A stretch of 64,000 bases of DNA from Lama glama (taxonomy: Eukaryota), in NCBI GenBank assembly GCA_028534125.1, contig CM052832.1:21516001-21580000 (forward strand), in the 5' to 3' direction. Within the stretch, counting starts at the first letter, position 1. The number at the start of each line of letters is the position of its first letter. Both the position numbers and the translations under genes were made by a program. The notes under the pieces are model-generated. The model was not told the DNA's origin. It ran no database searches and saw only the letters and a list, made by a program, of their open reading frames with translations. Shown here piece after piece: positions 40,387 to 53,328 of the stretch.

Positions 40387-41574
40387 CCTATCAGAAGCCA
40401 GATGGTGCAGAACCAGAACCATCAATCAAAGTGAAAAGACCACTGCATGCTCTCCACAATGAGGTTCTCACAAATGGAGATTCTGTTCACAGACCCTAAC
40501 TGGTAATAGGCAGAAAACGCCAAGAACATGGCTGCACTGTCCCACTGGGATGAAAAGTCATAGCTCAGGCTTTGGCTGGATGAAAAATCTGGTGCAGGAA
40601 TTCGTCACTGGAGCCCTGAGCATCAGAGCTGGGAAAGCCCCAACAACCAACCAGTCTGTCTTTAAAATTAAAAAAAAAGCTTTTAATTATTTTAATAATG
40701 TTTGCACTGATGACAGTATCTGTCAACCAGTACCCATCTCCCACTTGATTTAGGATGGGACAGTGCCACGTAGTAACAACGCAGCTGCCACTGTCTGCCT
40801 GACACGTGAGCTGGCATCTTGTTTCTCTTGCACAGGCTTTATTATAAATAACCCCAAATGCTTCAGTGTTACTTTGCAGCCTTTCTCCACGGATCTATGG
40901 GAAACAATTTTAGTCACTGTTATGTTTAATACTAACGACTATTTTTGGGGCAGTTGCAGGGAGAAAGGTGGTCGAAAGATGTTTCCTGTTCCTTTAATAG
41001 CTTTACATAAAAATAACTATAGAAACACAAGGCGCTTTGTCTTTGTAAATGGATCATGTGTGCTTAGAAAATGTTAAATAATCCCCATGTGCTTAAGGAC
41101 CGAAAAAAAAATTAAAACAAATATATAGGTTCCAATTCCTAACAGCCACTGAAATACCATCTCGGAAATCTAATTTTGTGGAGTTTAGGGAGGTAGACAG
41201 ATGTGCAAGCAAGGAGAAAATTCCAGGAAATGTATACTTCTTCCAGAAGAGTTATGTAGCAAAAGGAGATACTTAAATAATACACTGAAAACCACAAATT
41301 TAAACGGCTAATGGAAATGAAAATATTTGGAAAACCTAAATGTGTTATCTAAAGATATTTCTGCTCTAAGATAAAAATTATATTATGACCCTCAAAACTT
41401 GACATGTGAGATAATTTGGAAAAAGAACAGCCCACTTACACATTTGTAGCAAAAGTGAAAAAAGGAGTGGCATATTTATATAAATGAGATCGTAAGCAGA
41501 ATGTCTGAGCTTAAGAGACTGAAGTTTTTAGTATTTCTTTCTATCTTCATTCTTTTGTTGTTTTCAAATAGAAC

Positions 41575-42050
41575 ATCCCAACTTATGTAAAATTCTGTTC
41601 CCATCCTTTCTCTAATAATATGACCATTTCCCACATTGTTATAAATTCTGTGTAAATAATATTTATCAGCTGGGCATTATTCCACTTCACATATATATTA
41701 TGATATACTTATTAATTTCCTTCATGGTGAATGAGTTTTTTCCTCTCTCCTCGTTATCATTAATAATAGTGAACAATTTTGTGGAAAGTGTTACTTCTGC
41801 CTTAAGAAATATTTCCTTAGAATAGATTTTCAGAAGCTGAATTGCTGAGCTAAATGACATGAGTTTTAAGGCTCTCAAATTTATATTCCAATCTAGCACT
41901 TGGTAGTCTCAATTAAAAAATCGTTAGTCATTTTATAGGTAAAAATAATACCTTATTATAATTTAAATTTGTATTATTTTAATTACTAGCTAGGTTAAGA
42001 ATTTTTCTGTGGTTAAACAACATTTCCTTTTTAGTCTTACTGATGTCTTA
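41575..42050 (-). mobile_element. Old LINE-1 (L1ME-like) fragment
   Basis: atatttccttagaatagattttcagaagctgaattgctgagctaaa...tttaaatttgtattattttaattactag. Confidence 0.65.
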
Positions 42051-42252
42051 GAAAATGTTATCACTCATTTCTACTTAAAGAATCACAAGGTACTCTTCCT
42101 TGAAATAGTGAATTTGTCTAATTACTTGAAATAAGTTGAAATTACTTGAAAGCAATAAACTTTCAGGTTTATTTATTTATTATTATTATTTTAGCATACA
42201 CTAAATATTCCTTTAAAATATTTAAAAATAAGTTTTTTTTTTCACTAATTTG

Positions 42253-42369
42253 GACCTTGCAAACATTTGACTCTGGCAGACTGAATGAGTAACTAATGTG
42301 ACATTATATACGGGGACACACTAAACAGACATGTCTACACTTTCTTAGTTCAGAATATGATGAATGCAG
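42253..42369 (+). repeat. Copy B of the ~120-bp direct duplication
   Basis: Shares the 32-bp identical core taaacagacatgtctacactttcttagttcag with copy A. Confidence 0.9.
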
Positions 42370-43784
42370 TTTCAGGTCTCCCTTGAAACTACTTCAAATC
42401 AGTGAAGATTTTATATACATAACTAAATGCTCTGAAATCACAGAAACATCTTAGAGTAGTCACCTAGTTTTCGTGTTTGTTTGTTTGTTTTCTCCCCAGT
42501 GTTAGGAAGGGTAAACAACAGTTATCATTCTCATTAACCCTCTCCCATGAAATGTTTCTGTTTTACTTCTACCAAGATTTGAGTATTGGGTGGTTAGTCA
42601 AGTTCCTTTTGACTTGTTTATGGTGACTCTTCTGTTACACTTTTAACAATACGGACTACACCAAAGTAATGAAGACGCATGGTTTGAAAGAATAACAGCT
42701 GTGATCAAGGCATACTAAGACCATACCATCAAAACGGTCCAACAAGAAAGTGAAAATTAAACTGATACAGAAACTATATATCCTTTGAGAACGAGATATA
42801 ATTGAGGTAAACACTCCAAAAGGCAGTATCTGTCCTGAATTGGTATTTCCAAAATTTAGTGATGTTTATATTTAAAGCAGATGATACCGTTAAAAAAAAA
42901 AAAGATCAGAATTTGAAAAATCTAGTCATCCAAATTTTCTCTGGCCCAGTCATAGCCTCTCTAAAGGAAAAGTAATATTTAGCCCTTTTTATTCCTCATT
43001 GTAGAAATCATATAAAAGGTAGACAATTCAGAAGCACACGTACAAAATACTGGCGTCATACTGAATACTCTACTTTGTAACTGCTGTTTGAACTTCGGTC
43101 TATCGTAAGCACGACCCTGTATCACTAAGCAGTCTTTGGGAACACACTTCTTTTAATTCCACTGTAGCAGGTAGCGCAGAAGGAAAAGCAGGGATAAGAG
43201 AACTTACAACACTGCTTACAAAAGAGAAACTCAATTTGCCTGTAAGTGGCAGGTCCTCTCCACCCTGGCATTGGTGATTTGTCATACCTTCCTCCCCCAC
43301 GCTTACTTTCCTAACCCTAGCCCCTGGACTCCTTGGGGACTGGCTATGGAGAGGTCAGCCAGGGAGCAGAGGAACCACCACAAGCCTGGCCAATTCCGGG
43401 GCTTTCTACTAGTAGAACCGTGCAGAGGCTAACTATAGTTGCTTTCTTTTACACAAATCCCAGATAGATCTACGTAACCCAAGAGCCGTGGCTGTGTTAC
43501 ACTGAGCTGCTATTACTTCTCTTGTGATCTGCACGCTTGGCCTCTGGTAAAAAGCTAAGTAAGCTGGAAACTCACATTTAGTTGAGCAATCAAGTTCACA
43601 TCAATCACAGGGGCTTAAAAGGTTAAGTCCAGTTTGCTAAAATGTGAAGTGTCCTGGACTTTTGAATCCCAGAACTGGAAACAAAGAAATTCTTATTCTG
43701 TAGACTACAAATACTGAAAATCAATTACAGCCACAAACAAAAATAAACAAAGACGACCAAGAAACCCCAAAACACCTTGCGGTG

Positions 43785-43905
43785 AAGTGAAAGGCCTCTC
43801 AGACTAGGAGTCAGCAAATCTGACTTTAAGGTATAGTTTTATTATTAATTAGCCAGCTGCCTGTGGAACTTGACTTCTGTGAGCCTTGGTTTCCGTATCT
43901 AAGTT
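43785..43905 (+). mobile_element. MIR SINE fragment
   Basis: agactaggagtcagcaaatctg...ttctgtgagccttggtttccgtatct. Confidence 0.6.
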
Positions 43906-44684
43906 AAACAGGAAGAAGAAAGAAGGCGCTGTATTCCTCTTAGTGTTAACATGAATGATTCTAAATATAAACCCTATGACACTGACTATTGATTAGATGA
44001 ACAGAAGAACCACCTATCACCGATGTATTAGCAGGGAAAGTAATCTAGGTAATCTTACTTTGGGTTATATCTAGAGTTATCAGTACAATTGTTCTATTTT
44101 TCTCCCTGTCATTTTTTTGGGGTGGGGTGGGTACAGGGGGATGGCAAACTAGCGTTAGGTCTTAAAGACAGCATCCTTTAACAGCACTGCTTACACAAAG
44201 GAATGACTGGGACCACATCAACCAGACGATGAGAGGCTAACAAGCCTCTCGTCTACGCTGCATTCTGAGGGCAGGCACTGTCAGCGGCAGTGTGAATTCT
44301 GGGCTCCCCTTTGGGTTCACACACGTTAGTTAGCTTCTTTGACCCTTCCCACCACAGGCTTTTCACGGCTGTACTATCTTGGAGTGTCTCAGTGCTGTTC
44401 TAAAATGACTTTTTTTTTTTTAAATCTGTAACAGAAAAATTTTAATCAGCTCACAGAGGGAACCAGAACAATATTTGCACTTTTCTCCTTTAGATTTCCA
44501 GCAGGTTAGATTTTTATCTTGTTGAAGGATGACTTTTTTCTAGTACATTTGGTGGTATTTCCTAGCATCCAATCACATGCATGCTTTCATCACAATAAAA
44601 TAACCTCACAGTCGATATTCTTTTACAGATACCCAATTACAGCAATACACGTTTACTGGTGGGATTTGTAATAATAATAATTAT

Positions 44685-44910
44685 TATAACAACTAACATT
44701 GACTAAGCACACCATTCAGAGCACTGTACCGATCTCTCCAACATACAGTCTTTTTTATTCCTTATGGTAATGCCCTAGGGTAGGTATTGTTTTTTCCTCT
44801 CCATTTTAGAGATGAGAAAGCTGAGGCTCAGAGAAGTTGAGCAGATGGCCCGTTACACAGCTCACACACATATGCCTATTGAGACCCAGGCTCCAGTGCT
44901 TCTCTACTAA
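44685..44910 (-). mobile_element. MIR SINE
   Basis: aacaactaacattgactaagcac...ccattttagagatgagaaagctgaggctcagagaagtt. Confidence 0.85.
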
Positions 44911-45384
44911 AAACTGTCCAAAATAGTTTCAAAGCTTACTGGGTTTTGTAAATTTCATGGTCCAATGGTCCCTTATGCTGTTCAATGCCCCTTAACAGAA
45001 AGATGGATGGGATATAGTCTATTTAGAGACTAAGAAAAGGCTGCCACTCCTCTTGAATGATACACTTTTCGTTATTACAAAATGAAAGCTGGGCGTTTAG
45101 CTCTTTATCTATTTGCCTTTGCCTCCCAGAAGCCCAGGCTTTTCTTCTCAACTGTAGCAATGACTCAGATTCTGTGGGTAAACAACACACACAGTTCTTT
45201 TTATTTTGTCCTAAAATATATTATGCACGTTTTCTATCTGGCACTCAGAGGCTTCAGACAAGGCCAGAAATAAAAACAAAGCAAGTTTTAAGTAATATGT
45301 GTTAGTAAAATAGAATTACATTTTAATTATAATGATATTTTCTTTGACCAGGTAAACTCAACCTGATGAGACAGTGAAATAAAT

Positions 45385-45572
45385 AGCAATTAACACTGCC
45401 TTCTTATTATACGCTTAACATAAATCATCTCATTTGACACCATAACTCTGTGAGATAAATGAGCCAGGTATTCATGATACCTGCAGCTAGCAGATAACAA
45501 AATTAGTGATCAGACAAAATAACTCATCCGAAGTCAAGTGACAAAACATCAATTTGAAGTCAGTTCTTCAGA
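45385..45572 (-). mobile_element. MIR SINE (degraded)
   Basis: atcatctcatttgacaccataactctgtgagata...taactcatccgaagtca. Confidence 0.5.
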
Positions 45573-45869
45573 TTCTATTTATGTCACACTTCTAATATTT
45601 AGTAGAGTAATTTCATTATTTGTAAAAAAAATTAAACTCATAAATTCAATGACAGAGCATGTCATTTCTTATATTGCTTATAAGAACAGAACATATTATA
45701 ACTGTTTTTGCATTCATTTCATGAGAAAGCCAAAATGGTCCAATATGACCCAGCAATTTTACTAATTTTACCACATACATATTTCCGCACATACGACACT
45801 TCAAATTAAATACATTGTTCAAATGTTGGTGAAACCCTTACAGATAATATTAAATAGTATGGTAATCTG

Positions 45870-46200
45870 CACGATGGTGACCATTTGCTGTTTGCCCTTG
45901 CTGCAATCATCCTTCACTCCCAAGGGAATTTCCCGCCCTTGGCCCCTCATGCTGTGGCCAATGCAGTCTGAGTGGGTTAACAGCACCCCTAGTTCCTGGC
46001 CTGAGAACCCCGACCAGCTCAAGTCAATAAACATAGTCCCTAGTCAGGGAAGTGCACACAACCCAAATCAGTCAGGTCTGAGGGAACTTTGGCTGGATTT
46101 TCCAGGACAGCGGCCTTCCCTCGTCTTTACATTTAGGGGTATGAGGAGTGAGGAGTGGCTGCCGTAGTCACTTTGCCTGAGAACAGCTGGTATATCAAAC
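45870..46200. mobile_element. Old ERVL-type LTR remnant (LTR16/LTR33-like)
   Basis: atgcagtctgagtgggttaacagcacccctagttcc...cacacaacccaaatcagtca resembles old ERVL LTRs. Confidence 0.4.
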
Positions 46201-46525
46201 ACTGGCAAGTGACGCAGCAAAGACTGCTCCTGGTGACTCCATTTGAGTCCTGAATCAAACCTTGCTTAATGCAAAATCTACCTTGACAGTTCAATTAAGG
46301 AAGCCAATAAATTATACATATAAATTGTCTCTTTGTTTAAGTCAGCATGAGTTGAGTTATTCACAACACTACTTTAAATAAAATATCCAATAAGACAGTT
46401 AAGAGCCTTAGGGATATGTCACATTATCAGATTGAGTACAATGTGGGTAAAATTAGAAATTCAAAATGGTAGATTCAGGTCTTCTGTTTGAGCAATATAA
46501 ACAGAAGACCAATTCATGAGGAGGC

Positions 46526-46575
46526 TGTGTGTGTGTGTGTGTGTGTGTGTGCACGTGCACGTGTACGTACGCACG
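46526..46575. repeat. (TG)n microsatellite extending into a 50-bp alternating purine-pyrimidine tract
   Basis: (tg)13 followed by cacgtgcacgtgtacgtacgcacg. Confidence 0.95.
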
Positions 46576-48032
46576 GGCTACAGGTAGCAAGAGCTACATC
46601 AAAGAGACACAAATGAGGAGGAGCCTGGAGGGAGAGACCAGGGAGGTGAGAAGGAACCCTGGTAGAGATCAACACACTCACGTGTGCATAACACACGCGT
46701 ATTACGTTACTAACTGATTACCAAATATTATGAAATTATATACTTAGGTAAGTATTTTGTAATCCTTAAGGGAAGTTTCAAAAAAAACATGTCTGCTACA
46801 TATTCAAAATATATCATTATGAATAATTAATTTGAAAAAGATTTTTTATCCTCGAGTTAAAACCGTTTGTCTTTATTTTAAAATAAAGGCACTTGCATGT
46901 TACAACCAAAGTGAAAACTGGCGAATGTTTAAACCTATCAAGTCCAAGAAGGGAATGCCAAGTCACTAATCAGGCGGAGAGGGACCACCGATAGACCTGA
47001 AGTGTTAGCAGCTGCCGACCTCCTGCGGCACGAATTTAGTGACAGCTTGGCGGCACTGTAATCTGTTGTTGTAAGCCTGAGTGTAGACTGTGACAGTATT
47101 TCAGTAGGAGATACTAGGTTTGCTTCCATTTTTCAGAGCAAACTTTCAGGTTGTGACCTTATCTTCTTCAAGTAAGTGAAAGGTGAGTGACTGTGAAGTC
47201 AGATAAACACATCAGCAAGCGGGGCTGCGATCAAAGGGGACTTTTAGAACACGTGAGAGGGACCTTCGTCCACACCGAGATGCTCAAACTGGAGCAAGAG
47301 CGCTTCATTCCTTCCACAGAGTGCCTGAGAGCATGGCCATGCTATCCTGATTCAACAGATATGGTGAGTTTTCAACAAGACTCCGACTCAAACTAAATTT
47401 AAGGGAAAAATATCCACATTTCACTTGGAAGTACACCTGAAGAATTCTAAGGACACTTAAAAGGTAGAAAAAAATACTATTACCCAGAAATGGGCTATCT
47501 ATGGGGAGCTGCTATCTTTGCCAGTCTCCACACCAGCCAGACCTTACATTTTAGCCATAAGATCCCTCTCTGCATACTTTTACACACACTGCCCCCACAA
47601 ATATTTATAACACACACACTTGAAGTCTGCATATCATTATCTCCTCTTTTTAAAGCAATCAAATCGGTATTACATTTTCAGCTCTCAAAGATTTAAAACA
47701 GAGAGACCTAAGCCACATAGAAATATCCAAATACCCATCATCAAGTTGGAGTCTGTAGAGTCTAACAGTCTAAAGGGAGAAAACACTAGAATTAAAAAAG
47801 GAAGAGTGTGAGGACACAGACTGTGTGGAGTAATGAAGAATTTCCTCAAGTCCACATACTTAGAGCCAGGAAGATGAAGAGAAGAACTTCTCATATGAGT
47901 TCACATCCTAAAAAAAACTAAAGAAAAACCCAATGGTACTTCAAAATAAAAGGCCTTATTTCTATATTCTTTCTGTAATGGATGTATTGCATAGCAATAG
48001 TTCAATACTAGCTCAGGTGTAAAACCAGTGTA

Positions 48033-48365
48033 CAGTCAGTCCTCTGTATCACGGTTTTGCATCCATGGATTCAACACCCCTGGGTCAAAAACAGTCAGGA
48101 AAAAAGGAATTCTAGAAAGTTCTAAAAAGCAAAACATTAATTTTCTATGCTCCAACAACTATTTACATAGAATTTACACTGTTTTAGATATTATAAGTAA
48201 CCTAGAGATAATTTAAAGTATACGGGAGGATGTGTGCAGATTATTTGCAAATACGACACCAGCTGATGTAAGAATCTTGAGCACCTGTGAATTTTGGTGT
48301 TTTCAGGGGTGGGGGTAAGGAAGTCATCCTGGAACCAATCCCCCATGGAAGCTGAAGGATGACTG
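48033..48365 (-). mobile_element. MER2-family (Tigger) DNA transposon
   Basis: TA then cagtcagtcctctgtatc ... cctggaaccaatcccccatgga...ggatgactg; homologous to 11988-12386. Confidence 0.88.
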
Positions 48366-48999
48366 CACTGAATTTTGAAAATGCAAACTCTAAAATGCAG
48401 GGCTCACACAAACCTCACAGAAGTCTTATTAGGATCCTATACAGTTTAAATAAAACACAGTTGGCCTACTGTTTGGAAAAAAAAAGTTTGTATCAACAAT
48501 ATTCTGAAGAATCCTTTGTATTCAAAGTCTTGGGCTTTATAAATACAGGTTTTCCAATGTTTACACCGAGCTCCACAGGGCTCAGTTATTTCTGAAACTA
48601 AAGCATGTGCTTTTTGATAAGGTCTAGAAGTTTGGGTGAGCACATGGTGGGAAGAGGAGAGCTCAAGACCGCAGAACCCTCAGATCAACAACCACTGCGC
48701 CTGCTACTCGGGGAAATTAAGATTTCTATGTATCCTTCTGCTGAAGTTTTGGAGGAGTAAGATTAATTATCTTCAATCAACACATAGTTATAGAGCACTT
48801 CTCATAGGCCAACCCTGTTTTAGGTGGTGGAGAAACAGCACTGAGCAAAGCTGACAAAATCCCCAATTACATTCCAATAATGAATTTAGCATTAACAATA
48901 AATACAATCACAGAAACAGTTATTCATTGAGACTGTGCTATGTGCTCAGTCTAGTGGTGGGGCTGACATTCCAGGAAGTATCACTTTACTGCAAGAATA

Positions 49000-49380
49000 A
49001 GAATAGCCGTTTACTGAGTACTTACTAGGTGCCTCCGGGGTGCCATTCTAGATGCTTTTCACTTCATCCTTACAACACCCCTAAGAGCCAGGTACAAGCA
49101 AGTTTCATCGATTCTGAATGCACATTTCTCCTTTATAGTTTGTCATCTCTCAGTCTGAGATGCATTTTCTAATGAGGGGTGTCTCACTATGATAAAAGGC
49201 AGTTTTTTTTCTTTCTTAGTGTTATATAAATTAATGGCAAGTCTTATAATTAATAGTGTTTTAGAGACCACGAAATACAGTATTATTCTCATTGTGCACA
49301 GGACAAAACAGAGGTCAAGGAAACTTCAGTATCTTGGCAAGGGCACACAGCTGGTATATCTAAGAGTCAAAATTTATGGT
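49000..49380 (-). mobile_element. MIR SINE split by a MER104 insertion
   Basis: tttactgagtacttactaggtgcc...catccttacaacacccc on the left; tattattctcatt...aagggcacacagctgg on the right. Confidence 0.7.
49097..49280. mobile_element. MER104-like TcMar-Tc2 non-autonomous element
   Basis: tttcatcgattctgaatgcacattt...ggcagtttttttctttcttagtg...ttagagaccacgaaatacag followed by TA. Confidence 0.75.
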
Positions 49381-49489
49381 CTTAAAAGTGGCGGTAACTC
49401 CATAAATTCAAAGACCAAATTCTTCTGTTTTTGTGGTTACTTTTGACAACTGACTAGCTATACTCAAAAGAGCAATATAATGAAAACTA

Positions 49490-50170
49490 TAATAAGATAT
49501 CATTTTTTTCTCTAACAGGAAAGGATTTTACAAGTTAGCTGACACAGCATTTAGAGGAGCGTATGGGAAAACAGCACTGTGTTCCCTTGTTGATGGGAAC
49601 GAACATTATAACATCTCGTCTAGGGGGTCTCTGGCAATTCCTATCACTGATTTAAAATGCACACACCTATGACCCAGCCATTCCACTCCTAGAAATCTAT
49701 CCCACAGTTACTATTCATACATGCATGAAATGACACGTTTGTGAGATTACACACTGCAGCAGTGCCTGGAAGATCAAAAGATCAGAGGCCACCCCAAGAT
49801 CCATTGGTAAGAGTCTAGTTAAATAGATACGGTAAACGTCTGGAACAGAATATAGACATCTGTTCCTAAAAAGTGAAACAAGCAGTTCTTTATGTACTGA
49901 TTGAAATTATATACAAGATATACACTGTCAGTGAAAAAGAGATGAATTTGTAGTATGCTAAGATCTGAATAAAAAAGAGCACATATCTATATGGAAACAC
50001 ATATGTAGGTATGTGGTTTTATATGCAGAAAACAACTCTAGATGTACACACACAGAACCAAAAGCAGTGACTACTTCTGAATGGAACAGGGATCTGCAAG
50101 ACAGGGTTAGGAGGGAGCCTTTCTTTGACTATGGTGTTAAGCACGTGTATTCTCTATTTTATAATGAAAA
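49490..50170 (+). mobile_element. Old LINE-1 ORF2 end and 3' UTR (L1ME/L1MC-like)
   Basis: aaaatgcacacacctatgacccagccattccactcctagaaatctatccc. Confidence 0.8.
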
Positions 50171-50974
50171 ACCAAGAACAAACTTAGTACATACTCCCAC
50201 AGCTGTGGTCATTACTACTGGAACATTCCAACCACGTAGTGACATGGACAGAGCACCAAGTGGGGAATAAAAGGCTGGGTTTTAACCCTGCATTTGCTGT
50301 GGGACAATGGTTAAGTGCCTTGTATAGTTATGGTATGCAGACTGAAAGAAGAATAAATTACACTTCATATATACAAAATAGGAAATTCTAGTCCATCACT
50401 CAGGGTCTGCCCCTGGAGAGGGGGGAAAAAAGACAAGTAAGATACGATCTTTGTCCTGTAGACATTCACAGTGTAATAGGAGGAAATAGTTACACCAACA
50501 ATAAATATATAACAGAGCAAAATAATTGCAATTCAATGACTGCTGCCACTTCCTCCTACTGCCCCACTGGACTATTGGCATTTTATCCCAGTTACGGTGC
50601 CTGCCCCTTAGGAAAAAAGTCATGGTGTTGAACGGAACTGAATTCTAAGAACACGTCAACTCAACTAATGAAGAATATGCACATCATGGTAGCAGCGTGA
50701 GAACAGTTTTCTGTGTGCATCAGAAAAGATGCAAAGAAGTAAAACTAAACTGGGTCTTGAAAGAGGAGTAAGAACTCAGCAGGACAAAAGAGACTTTTTT
50801 TTTACCTGTATAGTAGACGTGGGATGGGAAGAGTGGTAAGATTCCGTGAGCTCTCAGGGCCCTCCCAGCTCTACTGTTGAAGACGGGAGAAGGGACGGAC
50901 GCAGTGTTGATTATTTTGTATTACTGTCTCCATGGGGAAGGGAAGTAAGTTCCAGAATATGCCACCGGTTGAAG

Positions 50975-51400
50975 ATCCCAAGAATTACACCCCATATACT
51001 CCAAGCAGCAATGTATTAGAGGGTAAAAAGCAGAACCATCTAAGAAATTGTGTGGAGAGATGTAAAGGTAAGTGGAATAGTAAGAAACTATGAGTACAAA
51101 GAATGGTTAAGGGAAGATTACCAGCTTGCAGGGGGAGAGAAACTGAAAAACAATGGAAAGTAAGCACACATGCCCTAGAGGTATGGGGAGGAAGGGAAAC
51201 CATAAAAGCATTAACTACATCATTGTTTTAAATTAAATTAGAAAAAGAAAGTGTTCATAAGAAATAAAAAGTGAGGAATATAGACAAACAAGTAGCTTTA
51301 AAATTACTCTCCTCCAAAGAAAAGGCCTACAATTGAACTAGGGCTGTCTATTGTATGCATTATTATATGTTGAATTATTTTATTTTACAGTAATCAAAAA
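50975..51400 (+). mobile_element. Old LINE-1 3' UTR fragment
   Basis: taaaaagtgaggaatatagacaaa...aggcctacaattgaactaggg...gttgaattattt. Confidence 0.4.
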
Positions 51401-52075
51401 TGGAACAGTCTCCTTTCTTACCCATCTGTGAACCATGTAATGCTGGAGCTAAATTAAAAAGAACTTGAAAAAAATCCTTTATTTTTATTCGACGCATATG
51501 CACTTAAAATACCTCTGGAATTCCAAAAAGCACCCAAAGACAGGGCGTTAAATCATGGAAAATATTAACAATCATTAGAAGAAGCAGGTTAACTTATTTT
51601 CTTCCCAGATGCTAAAACTCTCTAGTTTTCCACTTTCAAGAGAAGAGTAGTAATATACGCATTAAAAAAGCACCAGAGATGCTAACTGTAGTTAATGTCT
51701 TCTTAACCTTGCACAAAACCCCTAGAGAGAATGAATTACTGCCCCATGGAAATACTTTCATTTCACTATTCTCTGTCAGCAGAATTCTGGAAATTGTGCA
51801 AGTCAGAATCTGTATCGAAGGCTGGTGATCATAGGGGAGTGGTACCTAGACTGGGGCCTTTCAGCCACCATTAATAATATGCTGAGGAAGACACAGGCCA
51901 GGCCTGGGGAACCAATTCCGTGAACAGCATCAACACACACTCCACCAATCAAAGGACTCTCAACAGTCTTAAAACTTGAGCAGCAGAGCTAGAGACGAAA
52001 AAAAAATCAGTAATGGCTTCCTCATTTCTCTAGCGGATGCCTGAATTACTTTTTTTTTTAAATGCTTCTTGTTTT

Positions 52076-52156
52076 ACTTTTTAAAAATTGAAGTATAGTC
52101 AGTTGACAATGTTGTGTTAATTTCTGGCATACAGTGTAGTGATCAGTTATATATTA
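52076..52156 (-). mobile_element. Very short 5'-truncated LINE-1 3' tail (cetartiodactyl type)
   Basis: ttttttaaaaattgaagtatagtcagttgacaatgttgtgttaatttctggcatacagtgtagtgatcagtt; flanked on both sides by cttgtttt (probable TSD). Confidence 0.75.
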
Positions 52157-52685
52157 CTTGTTTTAAGCATCACTAGCATTAATGCTTCTTAGCACATCTC
52201 AAAGATAACTTCAGCTACAAAGAAGTCATTAACATATTTTATGATAAATACATTGCTAAGAAACAAAGTATACTTTTCGGGGGAGGGGATTTGAAAATTC
52301 TTCCTTGAAAATAAGGTATGGGCATTTTAAAATTTAACTTCTCTTTGTGTCTTCCAAGCAATTTTCCAAACAGGTTTACCAGGTTAAAACACTGTCATGA
52401 GATTTTAGAGAACAAAGGTTAAATGAGCAGCTTGTTTTATCTTCTTAATTAAAACAGTAAATGTCTGAAAAACTACATCTGACATTGGTGTTAGCCTTTG
52501 ACAGGGAGGCCAGGCACACTATATAAGGATGAGATTAGGAACAGGAAGAAACTGTCTCATATCCTTCACATTTTATACAGGAGAGGTTTGAAAATCATTT
52601 TTATTTCTTTTCATTTTGGATATCGTTTTCCCTTTCATCTTTCTATCTCAATTTGCCAAAGTGAAAACTATAATGAACATGAAAT

Positions 52686-52915
52686 TAGGGTTGCCAGATA
52701 AAAATGAAGCATCTACTTACATATGAATTTCAGACAAGCGAATAAATTTTTAGTATAAGTGTGTCCTATATATTGCATGGAACATACTTATACTAAAAAG
52801 CAAAAAAACAAAACAAGCAAAACAAAACCCTCATTTTTTTTTAACCCTCATTGTTTATTTGAAATTCAAATGTAACTGAGTGTCCTGTAATTTTATCTGC
52901 TAACTGGCAACTCTA
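52686..52915. mobile_element. MER53 palindromic hAT MITE
   Basis: Termini tagggttgccag...ctggcaactcta; central palindrome tttttagtataagtgtgtcc...ggaacatacttatactaaaaa. Confidence 0.88.
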
Positions 52916-53328
52916 CACGCAACAGGCCTAACATAGCAAGTGGAGGGTGTACTAGCCAAGTCTGCTGTTGGGAAGGGTTGTTAAGTAGTAGTGCCCACTG
53001 ATGGTGAGGCACAGAGAAAAGAGCTGGGGCATGGGATGCATCAAAGAAGAAGAATGGTGACACATTTCAAGTGCATGCAAAGACTGATGGTGGAGGACCA
53101 GCACAGGGGTGACTGGTGGAGCAGCTGGAGGCAAGCAGCCCAGGAATGAGTGGTATGTGCACATTCTATGGTTCTTGATACAAGGCAGGTCCGCTTCCCT
53201 CCTCTGCTGATTTCTTCCGTATGCTAGTGACTTTTGCAAAGGCAGTATACAATCAATGACAGCAGAAGTTGAGATACTTTTAGGCTTGATAAATAATTTA
53301 AAATATAGTATCTGTCATATCTATGTAA

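Noticed and set aside
42356..42436. Box C (ATGATGA) and box D (CTGA) about 78 nt apart, snoRNA-like
   Set aside because: No convincing terminal stem or guide seen; the duplicate copy has ATGATTA; it is on the strand opposite the likely host transcript
46938..47129. 63-aa ORF MEANLVSPTEILSQ in a CpG-containing segment
   Set aside because: No recognisable protein similarity or supporting splice structure
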